The notes beneath the pieces were generated by a model. That model was not told the origin of the DNA. It searched no databases and saw only the letters and a program-made list of their open reading frames with translations. Below, piece by piece: positions 1 through 10,325 of a stretch of 64,000 nucleotides of DNA (position 1 is its first letter; every line of letters starts with the position of its first letter). Origin of the DNA: Minisyncoccia bacterium (GTDB lineage: Bacteria; Patescibacteriota; Minisyncoccia; Phycocordibacterales; CAJBRS01); NCBI GenBank assembly GCA_038215155.1, contig JBBQRF010000003.1, positions 553 to 64,552 on the forward strand, read 5' to 3'. Position numbers and translations under genes: made by a program.

Positions 1-1
1 A

Positions 2-883
2 GTCTATGCTTACCCTGCCACGAGTTTTAACAATCCTAATAAAGGAGGCGTCTCATATGTTAATTCATTAGTGAGATTAAATGAGGATGGGTCCTTAGAC
101 CCGACTCTCACCTTGTCAGGTGCCCCCCCAAACGGAGGGGCAATAACAGCTATCGATTTTAATTCAGACGGTACAATGATAGTAGGCGGAGGATTCACTA
201 ATATTGACGGAGCAAATACTAAATACATCGCTCGTCTAAATTCGGATGGCACTTTAGATAATAGTTACAATTCTAATTTCGGCTCTACTTTTAATGGAGG
301 AATATATGATTTGACTAAGATTGTAGACGGAAAGTATTATGCCGGTGGATATTTTACAGCATACAATGGGCAAGCAGTAGGACGTATTGTTCGCTTGCTA
401 GCTGAGCCTAGACCAGTAAGCGCACCCGTAGCGCCGGCAAATCCCTGGACTACGCCGGCGCCATCAGTTGCAATCGGTGGGGGAGCCTGCGGCTCCGCAT
501 GTGATGCACCTCCAAACTCTGGCAATAGTATTTCAAGTAGCAGTACCAGCGCTAGAACAACCATAACCACTTCCTCTACTTCTACCACTTTTTCTACCAC
601 TCCTAACTCAATCGTAGCGCCACCATTTAATACGGATCTCTTCACCCGAAACTTAGCCCTCGGCTCGCGCGGAGAAGATGTGCGCGAGCTCCAGATTCTC
701 TTGAATAATTTTGGCTTTACTGTTGCTAAGACTGGCCCTGGTTCTCCGGGCAATGAATCTACTTACTTTGGCATCAAGACAAAGCTTGCCCTGATTAAAT
801 TCCAAAAAGCGCATGGAATTAAACCAGCTATCGGCTTCTTTGGACCTAAGACTCGAGCGTATGTTAAAGGTCTGAGATTCTAG
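2..883 (+). CDS. Surface protein (5'-truncated): delta-60/DUF5122-like beta-propeller repeats, Pro/Ser/Thr linker, C-terminal peptidoglycan-binding domain
   Basis: Frame is open from base 2. Repeats RLNEDGSLD/RLNSDGTLD and GGGFT/GGYFT. C-terminal TRNLALGSRGEDVRELQ...FG.KT..A...FQ...G.FGPKTR is typical of PG_binding_1. Confidence 0.8.
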   Translation, partial: VYAYPATSFNNPNKGGVSYVNSLVRLNEDGSLDPTLTLSGAPPNGGAITAIDFNSDGTMIVGGGFTNIDGANTKYIARLNSDGTLDNSYNSNFGSTFNGGIYDLTKIVDGKYYAGGYFTAYNGQAVGRIVRLLAEPRPVSAPVAPANPWTTPAPSVAIGGGACGSACDAPPNSGNSISSSSTSARTTITTSSTSTTFSTTPNSIVAPPFNTDLFTRNLALGSRGEDVRELQILLNNFGFTVAKTGPGSPGNESTYFGIKTKLALIKFQKAHGIKPAIGFFGPKTRAYVKGLRF

Positions 884-905
884 AGAGCTCAAGCGGAATC
901 ATCAC

Positions 906-935
906 TTGACACAAAGGTTATCTTAAGATAACCTT
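906..935 (+). promoter_or_regulatory. Sigma70 promoter of the TA operon overlapped by a 22-bp palindromic operator
   Basis: TTGACA (906-911), 17 nt, TAACCT (929-934). Perfect palindrome AAGGTTATCTTAAGATAACCTT at 914-935. Confidence 0.75.
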
Positions 936-940
936 CAATT

Positions 941-1204
941 ATGAAAACTTCAATTATTGGTTTAAAAGACCTGCGGATAAATACCGAAAAATACATCTCC
1001 AAGATTAATAAAGGAGAAGCTTTTGTAGTTGTCAGAAAATCTAAACCGGTATTCAAAATAGAGCCAGTCGATGAATGGGGGGATGAAGGAGTTTGGGAGA
1101 CGGTAGTTGATTTTACTAAAATTCAAAAAGGGGGGGTTAAAGCAGATTCAGTCCTCGCCGTCTTAAAAAGAATGAATGCAAAAAATAGAAAAATTTCTCA
1201 GTAA
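941..1204 (+). CDS. Phd/YefM-family antitoxin
   Basis: 87 aa with IGLKDLR...GEAFVVVRKSKPVF N-terminus; overlaps the downstream toxin gene. Confidence 0.75.
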   Translation: MKTSIIGLKDLRINTEKYISKINKGEAFVVVRKSKPVFKIEPVDEWGDEGVWETVVDFTKIQKGGVKADSVLAVLKRMNAKNRKISQ

Positions 1205-1418
1205 ACTATCTCCCTTACAACGACAAATTGCTCAAGATCTAGTGAATAAAATTATAAAACAAGATCTGCGAGGGTTGGATATCAAGAGATTAAAAGGTCA
1301 GCATAATATCTTTCGAGCACGTAAAGGTAATTTAAGGATTATCTATTGTCTGGAAAAGGGAATGGCTACCCTTATTTTAATAGGAAATAGGAGTGAAAAA
1401 ATTTATAAGAAATACTAA
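1176..1418 (+). CDS. RelE/ParE-family toxin
   Basis: 80 aa, basic; DIKRLKG...FRARKGNLRIIY motif. Confidence 0.75.
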   Translation: MQKIEKFLSKLSPLQRQIAQDLVNKIIKQDLRGLDIKRLKGQHNIFRARKGNLRIIYCLEKGMATLILIGNRSEKIYKKY

Positions 1419-1440
1419 AAACGCTTCAAATAAGCCATTC

Positions 1441-1531
1441 TTGACAAGTTTATTGAAACGACTATACTACTCCTACCGCTTTACTCACTTCGCGAAAACG
1501 CCATTTGAGAAGGGCGGTGCTCTTTGAAAAT
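1441..1531 (+). promoter_or_regulatory. rRNA promoter and boxA antitermination site
   Basis: TTGACA (1441), 16 nt, TATACT (1463); boxA-like TGCTCTTTGAAAA at ~1518. Confidence 0.75.
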
Positions 1532-1694
1532 GAGAACGTAAATATATAGTGCAAGTCACTATAAAAAATAATATTGTGATTTCTAGCCGTATGGTTGGGA
1601 ATTGCGATTTTTGAGTAGTACACAAAAAATGATGTGAGCTAGGAACTGGGAATTAATTCAGGCGCGTCGCTCCTCCGGAGCGACGCGCGAAAAG

Positions 1695-1720
1695 TAGTAT
1701 TCTTTCTTTTGTTCCGTTCT
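1695..1720 (+). other. 5' arm of the pre-16S processing stem (pairs with 3560-3585)
   Basis: TAGTATTCTTTCTTTTGTTCCGTTCT is complementary to AGAACGGAACAAAAGAAAGAATGCTA over 26 bp with one G-U pair. Confidence 0.8.
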
Positions 1721-1800
1721 AATTAGTTGTCGGCGCAGGCGCCTTTTTCTTAAAGTAAGAATTTTTCTTATTTTAGATTAAAGCAAAAGTGTCAACGACT

Positions 1801-3400
<1,600 letters not shown>

Positions 3401-3584
3401 TGAAACACGGTCGGTCGCGCCTAAGGCGCGACCACCTGACCGAGTCGATATCGTATATCTCGATCGAGTATATGATGAATGATGATCAAGAATTCTGAAA
3501 AATGATCTGGCACTAGGGAAGACTAGCGGGTCCGTAGCTCATAAGAGCTTGGACCTGTAAGAACGGAACAAAAGAAAGAATGCT

Positions 3585-3614
3585 AGAAAAAGCGCCTATT
3601 TAGGCGCTTTTTCT
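3585..3614 (+). terminator. Intrinsic terminator closing the 16S transcript
   Basis: AGAAAAAGCGCCTA-TT-TAGGCGCTTTTTCT. Confidence 0.8.
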
Positions 3615-3668
3615 GTGGTTGACATTTGGGTTGACATTTTGAATAAAATGTGATAATATTAAAAGCAA

Positions 3669-3830
3669 ATGTTATCAGATCTTACCAGATTCGAAGGTCC
3701 GAGCGACCTTGCCAAAAAGAAACGTAAAGTCAACACTGGCTTTCTTTCTCTTTTCTTCGTCGCCATCATTATTATCAGCGCCGCTTTCGCTGCTGGAGTA
3801 ATGTTGACCGAGGCCGGCTACTTTCAGTAG
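3669..3830 (+). CDS. Small single-pass membrane protein (53 aa), absent from the ORF track
   Basis: MLSDLTRFEGPSDLAKKKRKVNTGFLSLFFVAIIIISAAFAAGVMLTEAGYFQ. Preceded by TTGACA (3631), 17 nt, TAATAT; followed by a hairpin at ~3845-3872. Confidence 0.65.
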   Translation: MLSDLTRFEGPSDLAKKKRKVNTGFLSLFFVAIIIISAAFAAGVMLTEAGYFQ

Positions 3831-4027
3831 TCCTAAGTTCTCACAACGCTATCATCCTCGGATGATAGCGTTTGTTGTTTTCAAGGCGCCTCAGCAATGA
3901 AGCGCCTTTGTCTTTTTCCTCTGTTTTTGTTATCTTTTGTCTACTGTCCGACCTTAGCCAGTTTTGAAACTGGCTTCGGCTGGACGCTGAATTTTGTAGT
4001 TACTCACAAAGTTCGCAACCAAAATTC

Positions 4028-4100
4028 GCGCTTGTAGCTCAGTTGGTAGAGCACATCACTGATACTGATGGGGTCCCAGGTTCGAATCCTGGCAGGCGCA
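4028..4100 (+). tRNA. tRNA-Ile(GAT)
   Basis: Acceptor GCGCTTG/CAGGCGC, anticodon arm CATCA-CTGATAC-TGATG, T-loop TTCGAAT. Confidence 0.9.
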
Positions 4101-4164
4101 CAATTAAAATGAGATAAAAGGTCATTTTAATTGTGCGCCTGAGCAAGCAAAAAAATTATTAATC

Positions 4165-5067
4165 ATGAATATCCTCAACTTCGTTCTCACCATTCTCGGC
4201 CTCTCACTTTTTGAAATAATCAACAGCGTGGATAACGCCGTTATTAATGCCGAAGTCTTAAGTACCATGAGCCGCCGAGGACGCAAATGGTTTCTTTTTT
4301 GGGGAATTTTATTTGCTGTTTTCATTATTCGAGGATTGCTTCCGTGGATAATAGTTTGGGTAACAGTGCCGGGATTGGGCCCAATCGGCGCTATCACGGC
4401 CACTTTTAGTAATGATCCAGCTGTATCCACGGCGATCAGTCAATCCGCACCGATTCTACTTTCTGGCGCTGGGATTTTTCTTCTCTTCTTATTCTTTCAC
4501 TGGCTCTTTGTGGAAAATAAAAATTTTGGCCTTCGTCATGAGGCCTTTTTTTCCCGTCAGAGCATCTGGTTTTATTTTGTGGTTTCATCTGTTCTCGCTT
4601 ACATTGTTTGGCTCTCTCTGAAAATAAATCCGCATCTCGCTTTCGGAGCGGCCATCGGCGCCAGCGCTTTCTTTCTGGTTGAGGGTTTTAAAGAAAGCGC
4701 TGAGAAACAAGAAAAGAAACTCCTTAAGCCTGGCCGATCTGACCTCAGTAAGATATTTTATCTAGAGGTCATTGATGCGGCTTTTTCAGTTGACGGAGTA
4801 CTGGGCGCTTTTGCTTTCACTTTATCAGTACCCACTATTATTTTAGGCAATGGTCTTGGCGCCTTTGTCCTTCGTCAATTAACAGTGGGCAATATTGAAC
4901 GAATTAAGAAATATCGATTCCTGAAAAATGGCGCCATGTATTCCGTTTTTTTTCTGGGCTTGATAATGCTTCTTGATGCTCTGGGAGCCGGGATTCCTAG
5001 TTGGATCTCACCGATTATTACCTTTCTTGTAGTGGGATATTTTTTTCTTCGATCAAGACGAAATTAG
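4165..5067 (+). CDS. DUF475/TerC-like integral membrane protein
   Basis: EIINSVDNAVINA and YLEVIDAAFSVDGVLGAFA motifs; many TM segments. Confidence 0.85.
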   Translation: MNILNFVLTILGLSLFEIINSVDNAVINAEVLSTMSRRGRKWFLFWGILFAVFIIRGLLPWIIVWVTVPGLGPIGAITATFSNDPAVSTAISQSAPILLSGAGIFLLFLFFHWLFVENKNFGLRHEAFFSRQSIWFYFVVSSVLAYIVWLSLKINPHLAFGAAIGASAFFLVEGFKESAEKQEKKLLKPGRSDLSKIFYLEVIDAAFSVDGVLGAFAFTLSVPTIILGNGLGAFVLRQLTVGNIERIKKYRFLKNGAMYSVFFLGLIMLLDALGAGIPSWISPIITFLVVGYFFLRSRRN

Positions 5068-5148
5068 CCGTGGTGGTGGAATTGGTATACACGTACGTTT
5101 CAGAGACGTATACCGTAAGGTTTGTGGGTTCAAATCCCACTCACGGCA
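5067..5148 (+). tRNA. tRNA-Leu(CAG)
   Basis: Acceptor GCCGTGG/TCACGGC, anticodon arm TACGT-TTCAGAG-ACGTA, long variable arm. Confidence 0.92.
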
Positions 5149-5168
5149 CTTTCATAAATTAATTTTAA

Positions 5169-5243
5169 GGGCCATTAGCTCATTTGGTAGAGCGCATCCA
5201 TGGCATGGACGAGTCCGGGGTGCGATTCCCCGTAGGTCCACCA
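5169..5243 (+). tRNA. tRNA-Ala(GGC), atypical
   Basis: G3:U70 pair, GGC anticodon and encoded CCA, but several stem mismatches and a TGCGATT T-loop. Confidence 0.75.
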
Positions 5244-5337
5244 TAACGAAGTTTGCTTGACAAAAAAGCACTTCTCTCTAATGTGAGTATTAGTAGTACT
5301 TTAATAAACCTCAACCACCAATAAAGGAGAATAACTA

Positions 5338-6525
5338 TTGAAAAAACCCTTGATTAAGGCCATTTTTGGCCTTTTTACCAGCCTCCTCTTATCGAGCTGC
5401 GCCAGTACTTCTAGTCGGCCTCTGGCTAAAAATAATGACAGTTTCTTCGTGGAACGGCCTAAAGCGGTTGCTTTAGCAAAGTCCCGAAACGATGTTAGCA
5501 CCCACGTATCTAACCATCAGGAAATTAAACAGCCCTCTTCCATTAAAATCGAAGAGGAGGAGATGGCCGATTCAATTGAGCCGGCGCCCATTGTGATCCA
5601 GACACCTAGTCTGGAGATTACGGCGGGAGATACTCCAAACGATGAGGCACCAATTACAAACTTTGTTTTTACTCACAATCTCGGATACGGATCTACGGGT
5701 AGAGATGTGATATTACTCCAGGATCGTCTGGCGGGAGAAGGATTTCCAGTAGTGATGGGCAATGCTCCAAAAGGTCAGTTCGGTATTCGAACAAAACTGA
5801 GTGTCGCACTCTTTCAAAAGCGCGCCGGTATTCCGGCAACCGGCTTTGTCGGTCCGATTACTAGGGCTTATTTTAATGGGCATAGTGTGCGGGCAGGAAA
5901 ATCGATTGAAGATAATCAACAAACCAATGAAGGCTCACTATCACCAAAGGTCAGTTGGTATCTTTCACCGGCACAGAAAATGGCTGCTCAATCGTCTTTT
6001 TCCAACCACACTCTTGATGAAGTACGCCGAATGATGCAAGTGATTCACTGCCGGCGCTTTATCAGCCCTGAGGCCTGGATTCCGAGTATTCCCGATCAGT
6101 ACGTTCGGGCAGTCGCCAATCCAGAGCCAATTCGGTTTCAAGGCCAGACCATTTATCGTGGAAATTGTTTGGGCAAGACTCTCTGTCTCTTTAGCAAGTT
6201 GGCGGGCGAGGCAGAATTTGTCTACGGGGAACACATTAGTAAGGCCAAGATACGCGGCTTGAACGTGGACATCCTCGGTCCGGACAAAAAAACTTGGCAC
6301 TGTTGGTTGAGGTGGCAATATCAAGGACGAAGCTATATTTTGGATCCCAGTCTCAATGACGTGCCAACCTTAGTGTTGGAGGATGAGACAGGAACTCGCT
6401 ACATTCCTCATTACATCGCTGATAAAAGTGGTGTGAGGGTAGTCGGTGGTCGAGGTCGAAACGTGAACCTCCCACAGAAAAAAGCGCCGGTGACGACGCG
6501 CTTTAGAATAGCATCGCTTCGATAG
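5338..6525 (+). CDS. Putative lipoprotein with PG-binding domain and transglutaminase-like Cys-His-Asp domain
   Basis: Lipobox LSSC; HNLGYGSTGRDV..LQ...GFVGPITR; GNCLGK, WHCWL and YILDPS motifs. TTG start preceded by AAAGGAG. Confidence 0.65.
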   Translation: MKKPLIKAIFGLFTSLLLSSCASTSSRPLAKNNDSFFVERPKAVALAKSRNDVSTHVSNHQEIKQPSSIKIEEEEMADSIEPAPIVIQTPSLEITAGDTPNDEAPITNFVFTHNLGYGSTGRDVILLQDRLAGEGFPVVMGNAPKGQFGIRTKLSVALFQKRAGIPATGFVGPITRAYFNGHSVRAGKSIEDNQQTNEGSLSPKVSWYLSPAQKMAAQSSFSNHTLDEVRRMMQVIHCRRFISPEAWIPSIPDQYVRAVANPEPIRFQGQTIYRGNCLGKTLCLFSKLAGEAEFVYGEHISKAKIRGLNVDILGPDKKTWHCWLRWQYQGRSYILDPSLNDVPTLVLEDETGTRYIPHYIADKSGVRVVGGRGRNVNLPQKKAPVTTRFRIASLR

Positions 6526-6552
6526 CCAACAAACCAACAGAAAGAATTTGAA

Positions 6553-6590
6553 GAGGGAAGCCGCATCATCGGCTTCCCTCATTTTTATTT
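6553..6590 (+). terminator. Intrinsic terminator
   Basis: GAGGGAAGCCG...CGGCTTCCCTC followed by a T tract. Confidence 0.75.
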
Positions 6591-6627
6591 ATTCTTTCTA
6601 GAGCTCACTTTGCTATACTAAATAATT

Positions 6628-7170
6628 ATGATTATTGGTATTGCCGGACAGCCATCGAGCGGAAAGGATACATTCTCTACATACTTGGAAAGTAAATACG
6701 ACTTCCATCATATTTCGACTAGCGATTACATTCGACAATATGTCAGAGATAATAATCTAGGAAGCCTTGATAGAGAGACTCTCCGCGAGACGGCAAATCT
6801 GCTGCGAAGAATGTATGGAGCTGATTATTTAATGAAAACAGCTTTAGAGAACGCCCAAGGCCGTACTATTATTAGCGGCATCCGAAATATTATGGAAGCG
6901 ATGGAGTTGAAAAAAGCCGGCGGTACATTAGTAGTGTTAGAGTGTCCAATCGAACAGCGTTATAAATGGGCTACTAGTAGAAATAGGGCGGGGGACGGCC
7001 TCATCACTTTTGAAGAATTCAAACTTCAACAACAAGTGGAAGAAAAAAATGCAGATGAAAATGCTCAGAACGTCTTAGAAGTAATAAAGATGGGGGATTC
7101 TATTCTTAAAGATTACTGTAATTTTGAAGAGTTGTATCAGCGGATTGACGAACTAATGAAGAAAATTTAA
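6628..7170 (+). CDS. P-loop nucleotide kinase (dephospho-CoA/NMP-kinase-like)
   Basis: MIIGIAGQPSSGKDT Walker A; ISGIRN..E motif. Confidence 0.75.
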   Translation: MIIGIAGQPSSGKDTFSTYLESKYDFHHISTSDYIRQYVRDNNLGSLDRETLRETANLLRRMYGADYLMKTALENAQGRTIISGIRNIMEAMELKKAGGTLVVLECPIEQRYKWATSRNRAGDGLITFEEFKLQQQVEEKNADENAQNVLEVIKMGDSILKDYCNFEELYQRIDELMKKI

Positions 7171-7215
7171 CTTTTCTTTAAGTAAATTTTATTCCTAAAA
7201 TGTTATAATTTAGGC

Positions 7216-7968
7216 ATGAAAGCTACCACCCCCTATAAACTCATTGATCACGACCGTTACTTAATTGACGGAGAAGTGAACATGCCTAGTCGTCAATATA
7301 TCCTAAAAATCAAGGAATTACCTGAGGAAGGCAAACCTCGAGAAAAACTCTTAAAATATGGCCCGGGGGCTCTTAGCCTTCAGGAATTAATGGCCATCAT
7401 CCTTGGCACGGGCACTATTAAAGAGGACGTGTTAGAGATGTCGGGGAGAGTGTTGAAAGAGTATGGGGAGCGGAGCTTAGCTAGTCATATCGATCCAAAA
7501 GTGATGGCTAAGGATTTGGACATTCCGTTAATAAAGGCGACAGTAATTGCCGCTACAGCTGAACTTGGCCGGCGTTTTTTTGAGAAAAATACTATGGCGC
7601 CGGCTGTTATTCGTACTGCCAAGGACGTCTTTGATTATGTGCATGATATGCGAAATCTTCCCAAGGAGCATTTACGCGGCATATATTTAAACACTCATCA
7701 CAAAGTCATTCACGATGAAGTCATTTCAATCGGCACCCTCAACTCCAATATCCTTCACCCCCGAGAAGTCTTTAAGCCTGCCATTGAGTTTGGAGCGGCA
7801 GCCGTTATTTTAGTGCACAATCATCCATCTGGCGCCGTTACACCGAGCAAGGCTGATGTTGAAATTACGGAGCAGCTAATTGCGGCTGGGAAGTTAATGG
7901 GCATTAGTTTAATAGACCACGTAATTGTTAGTGGCGATAAATTTGCCAGTGTCTCTGCCAATTATTAA
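7216..7968 (+). CDS. radC: RadC (JAB domain) protein
   Basis: KPREKLL..G, HPREVFK and HNHPSG..PS..D, DHVIV motifs. Confidence 0.93.
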   Translation: MKATTPYKLIDHDRYLIDGEVNMPSRQYILKIKELPEEGKPREKLLKYGPGALSLQELMAIILGTGTIKEDVLEMSGRVLKEYGERSLASHIDPKVMAKDLDIPLIKATVIAATAELGRRFFEKNTMAPAVIRTAKDVFDYVHDMRNLPKEHLRGIYLNTHHKVIHDEVISIGTLNSNILHPREVFKPAIEFGAAAVILVHNHPSGAVTPSKADVEITEQLIAAGKLMGISLIDHVIVSGDKFASVSANY

Positions 7969-7986
7969 GATTAATTTTTAAAAAAT

Positions 7987-8247
7987 ATGAATACTTTAGT
8001 AAAAGAAAAAATTTATTTAATTCCTCAGATTGCTCATTTTCTAGGAGAGGAGAAAAGTATTTATAAGGTTGCTTCTCAAGATGAAGGAGCGGCTTTGGAG
8101 CAGCACCTCAATGACCTGTATAAATTTTTTTTAAAAGAATTAACAATTTTTGAAGCAAAATCTTATCCGATTGATGCAGATTTTCAGAAAATTTCTGGGC
8201 TATTCGAAACGTTACTGGAAGTTAAGAGAAAAGTTAGCGCTCTCTAG
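7987..8247 (+). CDS. Hypothetical protein
   Basis: 86-aa ATG ORF filling the radC-mpl gap. Confidence 0.55.
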   Translation: MNTLVKEKIYLIPQIAHFLGEEKSIYKVASQDEGAALEQHLNDLYKFFLKELTIFEAKSYPIDADFQKISGLFETLLEVKRKVSAL

Positions 8248-8257
8248 AATGAGTTCC

Positions 8258-9778
8258 ATGAGCCCTGAAGCAGAAAGTTACTACACTAAAAAGCTGGAAC
8301 GTTTAGCCGATAAGGACTTGCGAATATTTTCGCGGCCGCCCGTTTCGGGGCGGCCACCCCTTTCCACCCGTATTCACTTAATCGGCATCTGTGGTACTGC
8401 TGTGGGTTCCTTAGCCGGCCTCCTTTCGGAGGCCGGCTACCAAGTCTCTGGCTCCGATGAAAAGGCCTATCCACCGATGAGCGATCAAATAGCTCACCTT
8501 GGCATTCAATTTTACGAGGGCTTTAAAGCTGAAAATTTAATTGATAAAGATTTGATAATTGTAGGGAATGTTTGTGGACCGGAAAATCCCGAAGCCGCTT
8601 ATGCACGAGAGAGGAATCTACCCACGCTCTCGTCCGCTGAAGCATATGAGAGATTTTTTATTAATGGCAAAACAAATTCCTTAGTAGTGGCTGGAACCCA
8701 TGGCAAGACTACCACCACCGGACTTTTAGCACATCTCTTTCAATCGGCCACTACCAACCCCACTTATTTAGTGGGAGGAGTTTTAAAAAATACTGAAAAA
8801 AGTTATTCCTACGGAGATGGTCCGGTAGTTATTGTAGAAGGGGATGAATATGACACCGCTTATTTTGATAAAGCCCCCAAGTTCCTCCATTATCGTCCTA
8901 CCAGCGCCATTATTACATCATTAGAATTTGATCATATTGATATCTATGATGACTTGAAGGACTACACTCAAGCCTTTGAATTTTTAGTGGAGTCCATTCC
9001 CGAAGATGGGAATCTTTTCTTGTGGGGGGATGATCCAAATGTTCGAAGATTGGCGGAAAAAGCCAAATGCAATGTGTTTTTTTACGGCTTAAAAGGCAAC
9101 AATCAAATTGAAGCTAGAAATATCATTGCAGGAGTGAATGGGGAAGAGTTCCGACTCTTTGTAAATGGGAAAGAACTGGGCATGTTGAAATCTCCGTTGT
9201 CAGGTGAACATAATTTATTAAATGTCTTAGCCATTTGCGGTATCGCTCTTGCTAACGGCCTTTCTTTTGAGCAGGTGAAGGCCGGCTTAGAAAGCTTTGC
9301 CGGCATGAAGAGGCGCCAAGATATTGTTGGAGAGATTAATGGAATTACAGTTATTGATGATTTTGCTCATCACCCTACTGCCGTAAGGGAAACTATTTCG
9401 GCTATTAAAGAAAAATTCGGAAAACGAAGGGTGGTAGTTTTCTTTGAACCTCGCTCCAATACTAGTCGCCGAAAACTTTTCGAGGAGGAATACGGCAAAG
9501 CTTTCGATCGCTCTGAAAAAGTTTTTTTATCAGTTCCACCACTGCGCCACAACGATAGGGCAGAGGATTTTATAAATGAAGAGAAGGTGGTGGAGATAAT
9601 TAACAGCCGCGCCGGCATCGCTAAAGCATCTTATTTTTCCAATGCCGAAGAGCTTCTCGCCGCTGCCTTGCCAGAAATTCGCTCCGGTGACGTCATCTTA
9701 ATTATGTCGAATGGTTCATTTGCCGGCATCCATCTGCGACTTTTAAGAGAGTTGCAAGAACGTCCTATTTCTGTTTAG
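8258..9778 (+). CDS. mpl: Murein peptide ligase Mpl (MurC family); start probably 8258 or 8249
   Basis: IHLIGICGT, GTHGKTTT, EGDEYDTAYFDK.PKFLHY, DDFAHHPTA, FEPRSNT. TAGAAT lies 7 nt before ATG 8258. Confidence 0.85.
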   Translation: MSPEAESYYTKKLERLADKDLRIFSRPPVSGRPPLSTRIHLIGICGTAVGSLAGLLSEAGYQVSGSDEKAYPPMSDQIAHLGIQFYEGFKAENLIDKDLIIVGNVCGPENPEAAYARERNLPTLSSAEAYERFFINGKTNSLVVAGTHGKTTTTGLLAHLFQSATTNPTYLVGGVLKNTEKSYSYGDGPVVIVEGDEYDTAYFDKAPKFLHYRPTSAIITSLEFDHIDIYDDLKDYTQAFEFLVESIPEDGNLFLWGDDPNVRRLAEKAKCNVFFYGLKGNNQIEARNIIAGVNGEEFRLFVNGKELGMLKSPLSGEHNLLNVLAICGIALANGLSFEQVKAGLESFAGMKRRQDIVGEINGITVIDDFAHHPTAVRETISAIKEKFGKRRVVVFFEPRSNTSRRKLFEEEYGKAFDRSEKVFLSVPPLRHNDRAEDFINEEKVVEIINSRAGIAKASYFSNAEELLAAALPEIRSGDVILIMSNGSFAGIHLRLLRELQERPISV

Positions 9779-9787
9779 ATAAGCATT

Positions 9788-10321
9788 ATGGAAAAAATTA
9801 AAAACAAACTCCCCGCCATTATTTTTGCCATAATTTTCCTAGTTATTTTAGCGGTCTTTATTGGAAAATATTCCTCTCTAAATTTAAGTAAGGGAAGTGA
9901 GTATAAAGATGTCTTTTCTGACGATATTACAAACAGTAGCTATAAAGTGGGAGGAGAAACAATTACCTTTCGTGCCGGGCAATACTCTAATCGACAAACG
10001 CACGCTTCTTCTACTATCATTCAATCAGCTATAGGTGATATTAATCATGATGGAGCACGAGATGGCTTGACTATTATAAGCACTGCCAATGCTAGTTCTT
10101 CAGATGCCCTAAATGTTATCTTCAAAAAAGGTGGAATCATCTTGACTAAACCTTTAGTCGTCCCTGTTCCTAAGGATCAAACTATTAAAAATATCCGAAA
10201 AGTGGCTATTGATCAGAAGGGCATCATTACGCTCGAGCTAGCCATTTCAGGTGCTACTCTTCCTATTTCTACTACTCATCAATATAAATTCAGCCATGAT
10301 GATTTAGTACTGGTGAAATAA
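9788..10321 (+). CDS. Membrane-anchored hypothetical protein
   Basis: N-terminal TM helix; GDINHDG..D motif. Confidence 0.6.
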   Translation: MEKIKNKLPAIIFAIIFLVILAVFIGKYSSLNLSKGSEYKDVFSDDITNSSYKVGGETITFRAGQYSNRQTHASSTIIQSAIGDINHDGARDGLTIISTANASSSDALNVIFKKGGIILTKPLVVPVPKDQTIKNIRKVAIDQKGIITLELAISGATLPISTTHQYKFSHDDLVLVK

Positions 10322-10325
10322 AACG

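Noticed and set aside
8150-8257. N-terminal extension of Mpl from TTG 8150
   Set aside because: Overlaps the upstream ORF; ATG 8249/8258 with a local -10 box fits better.
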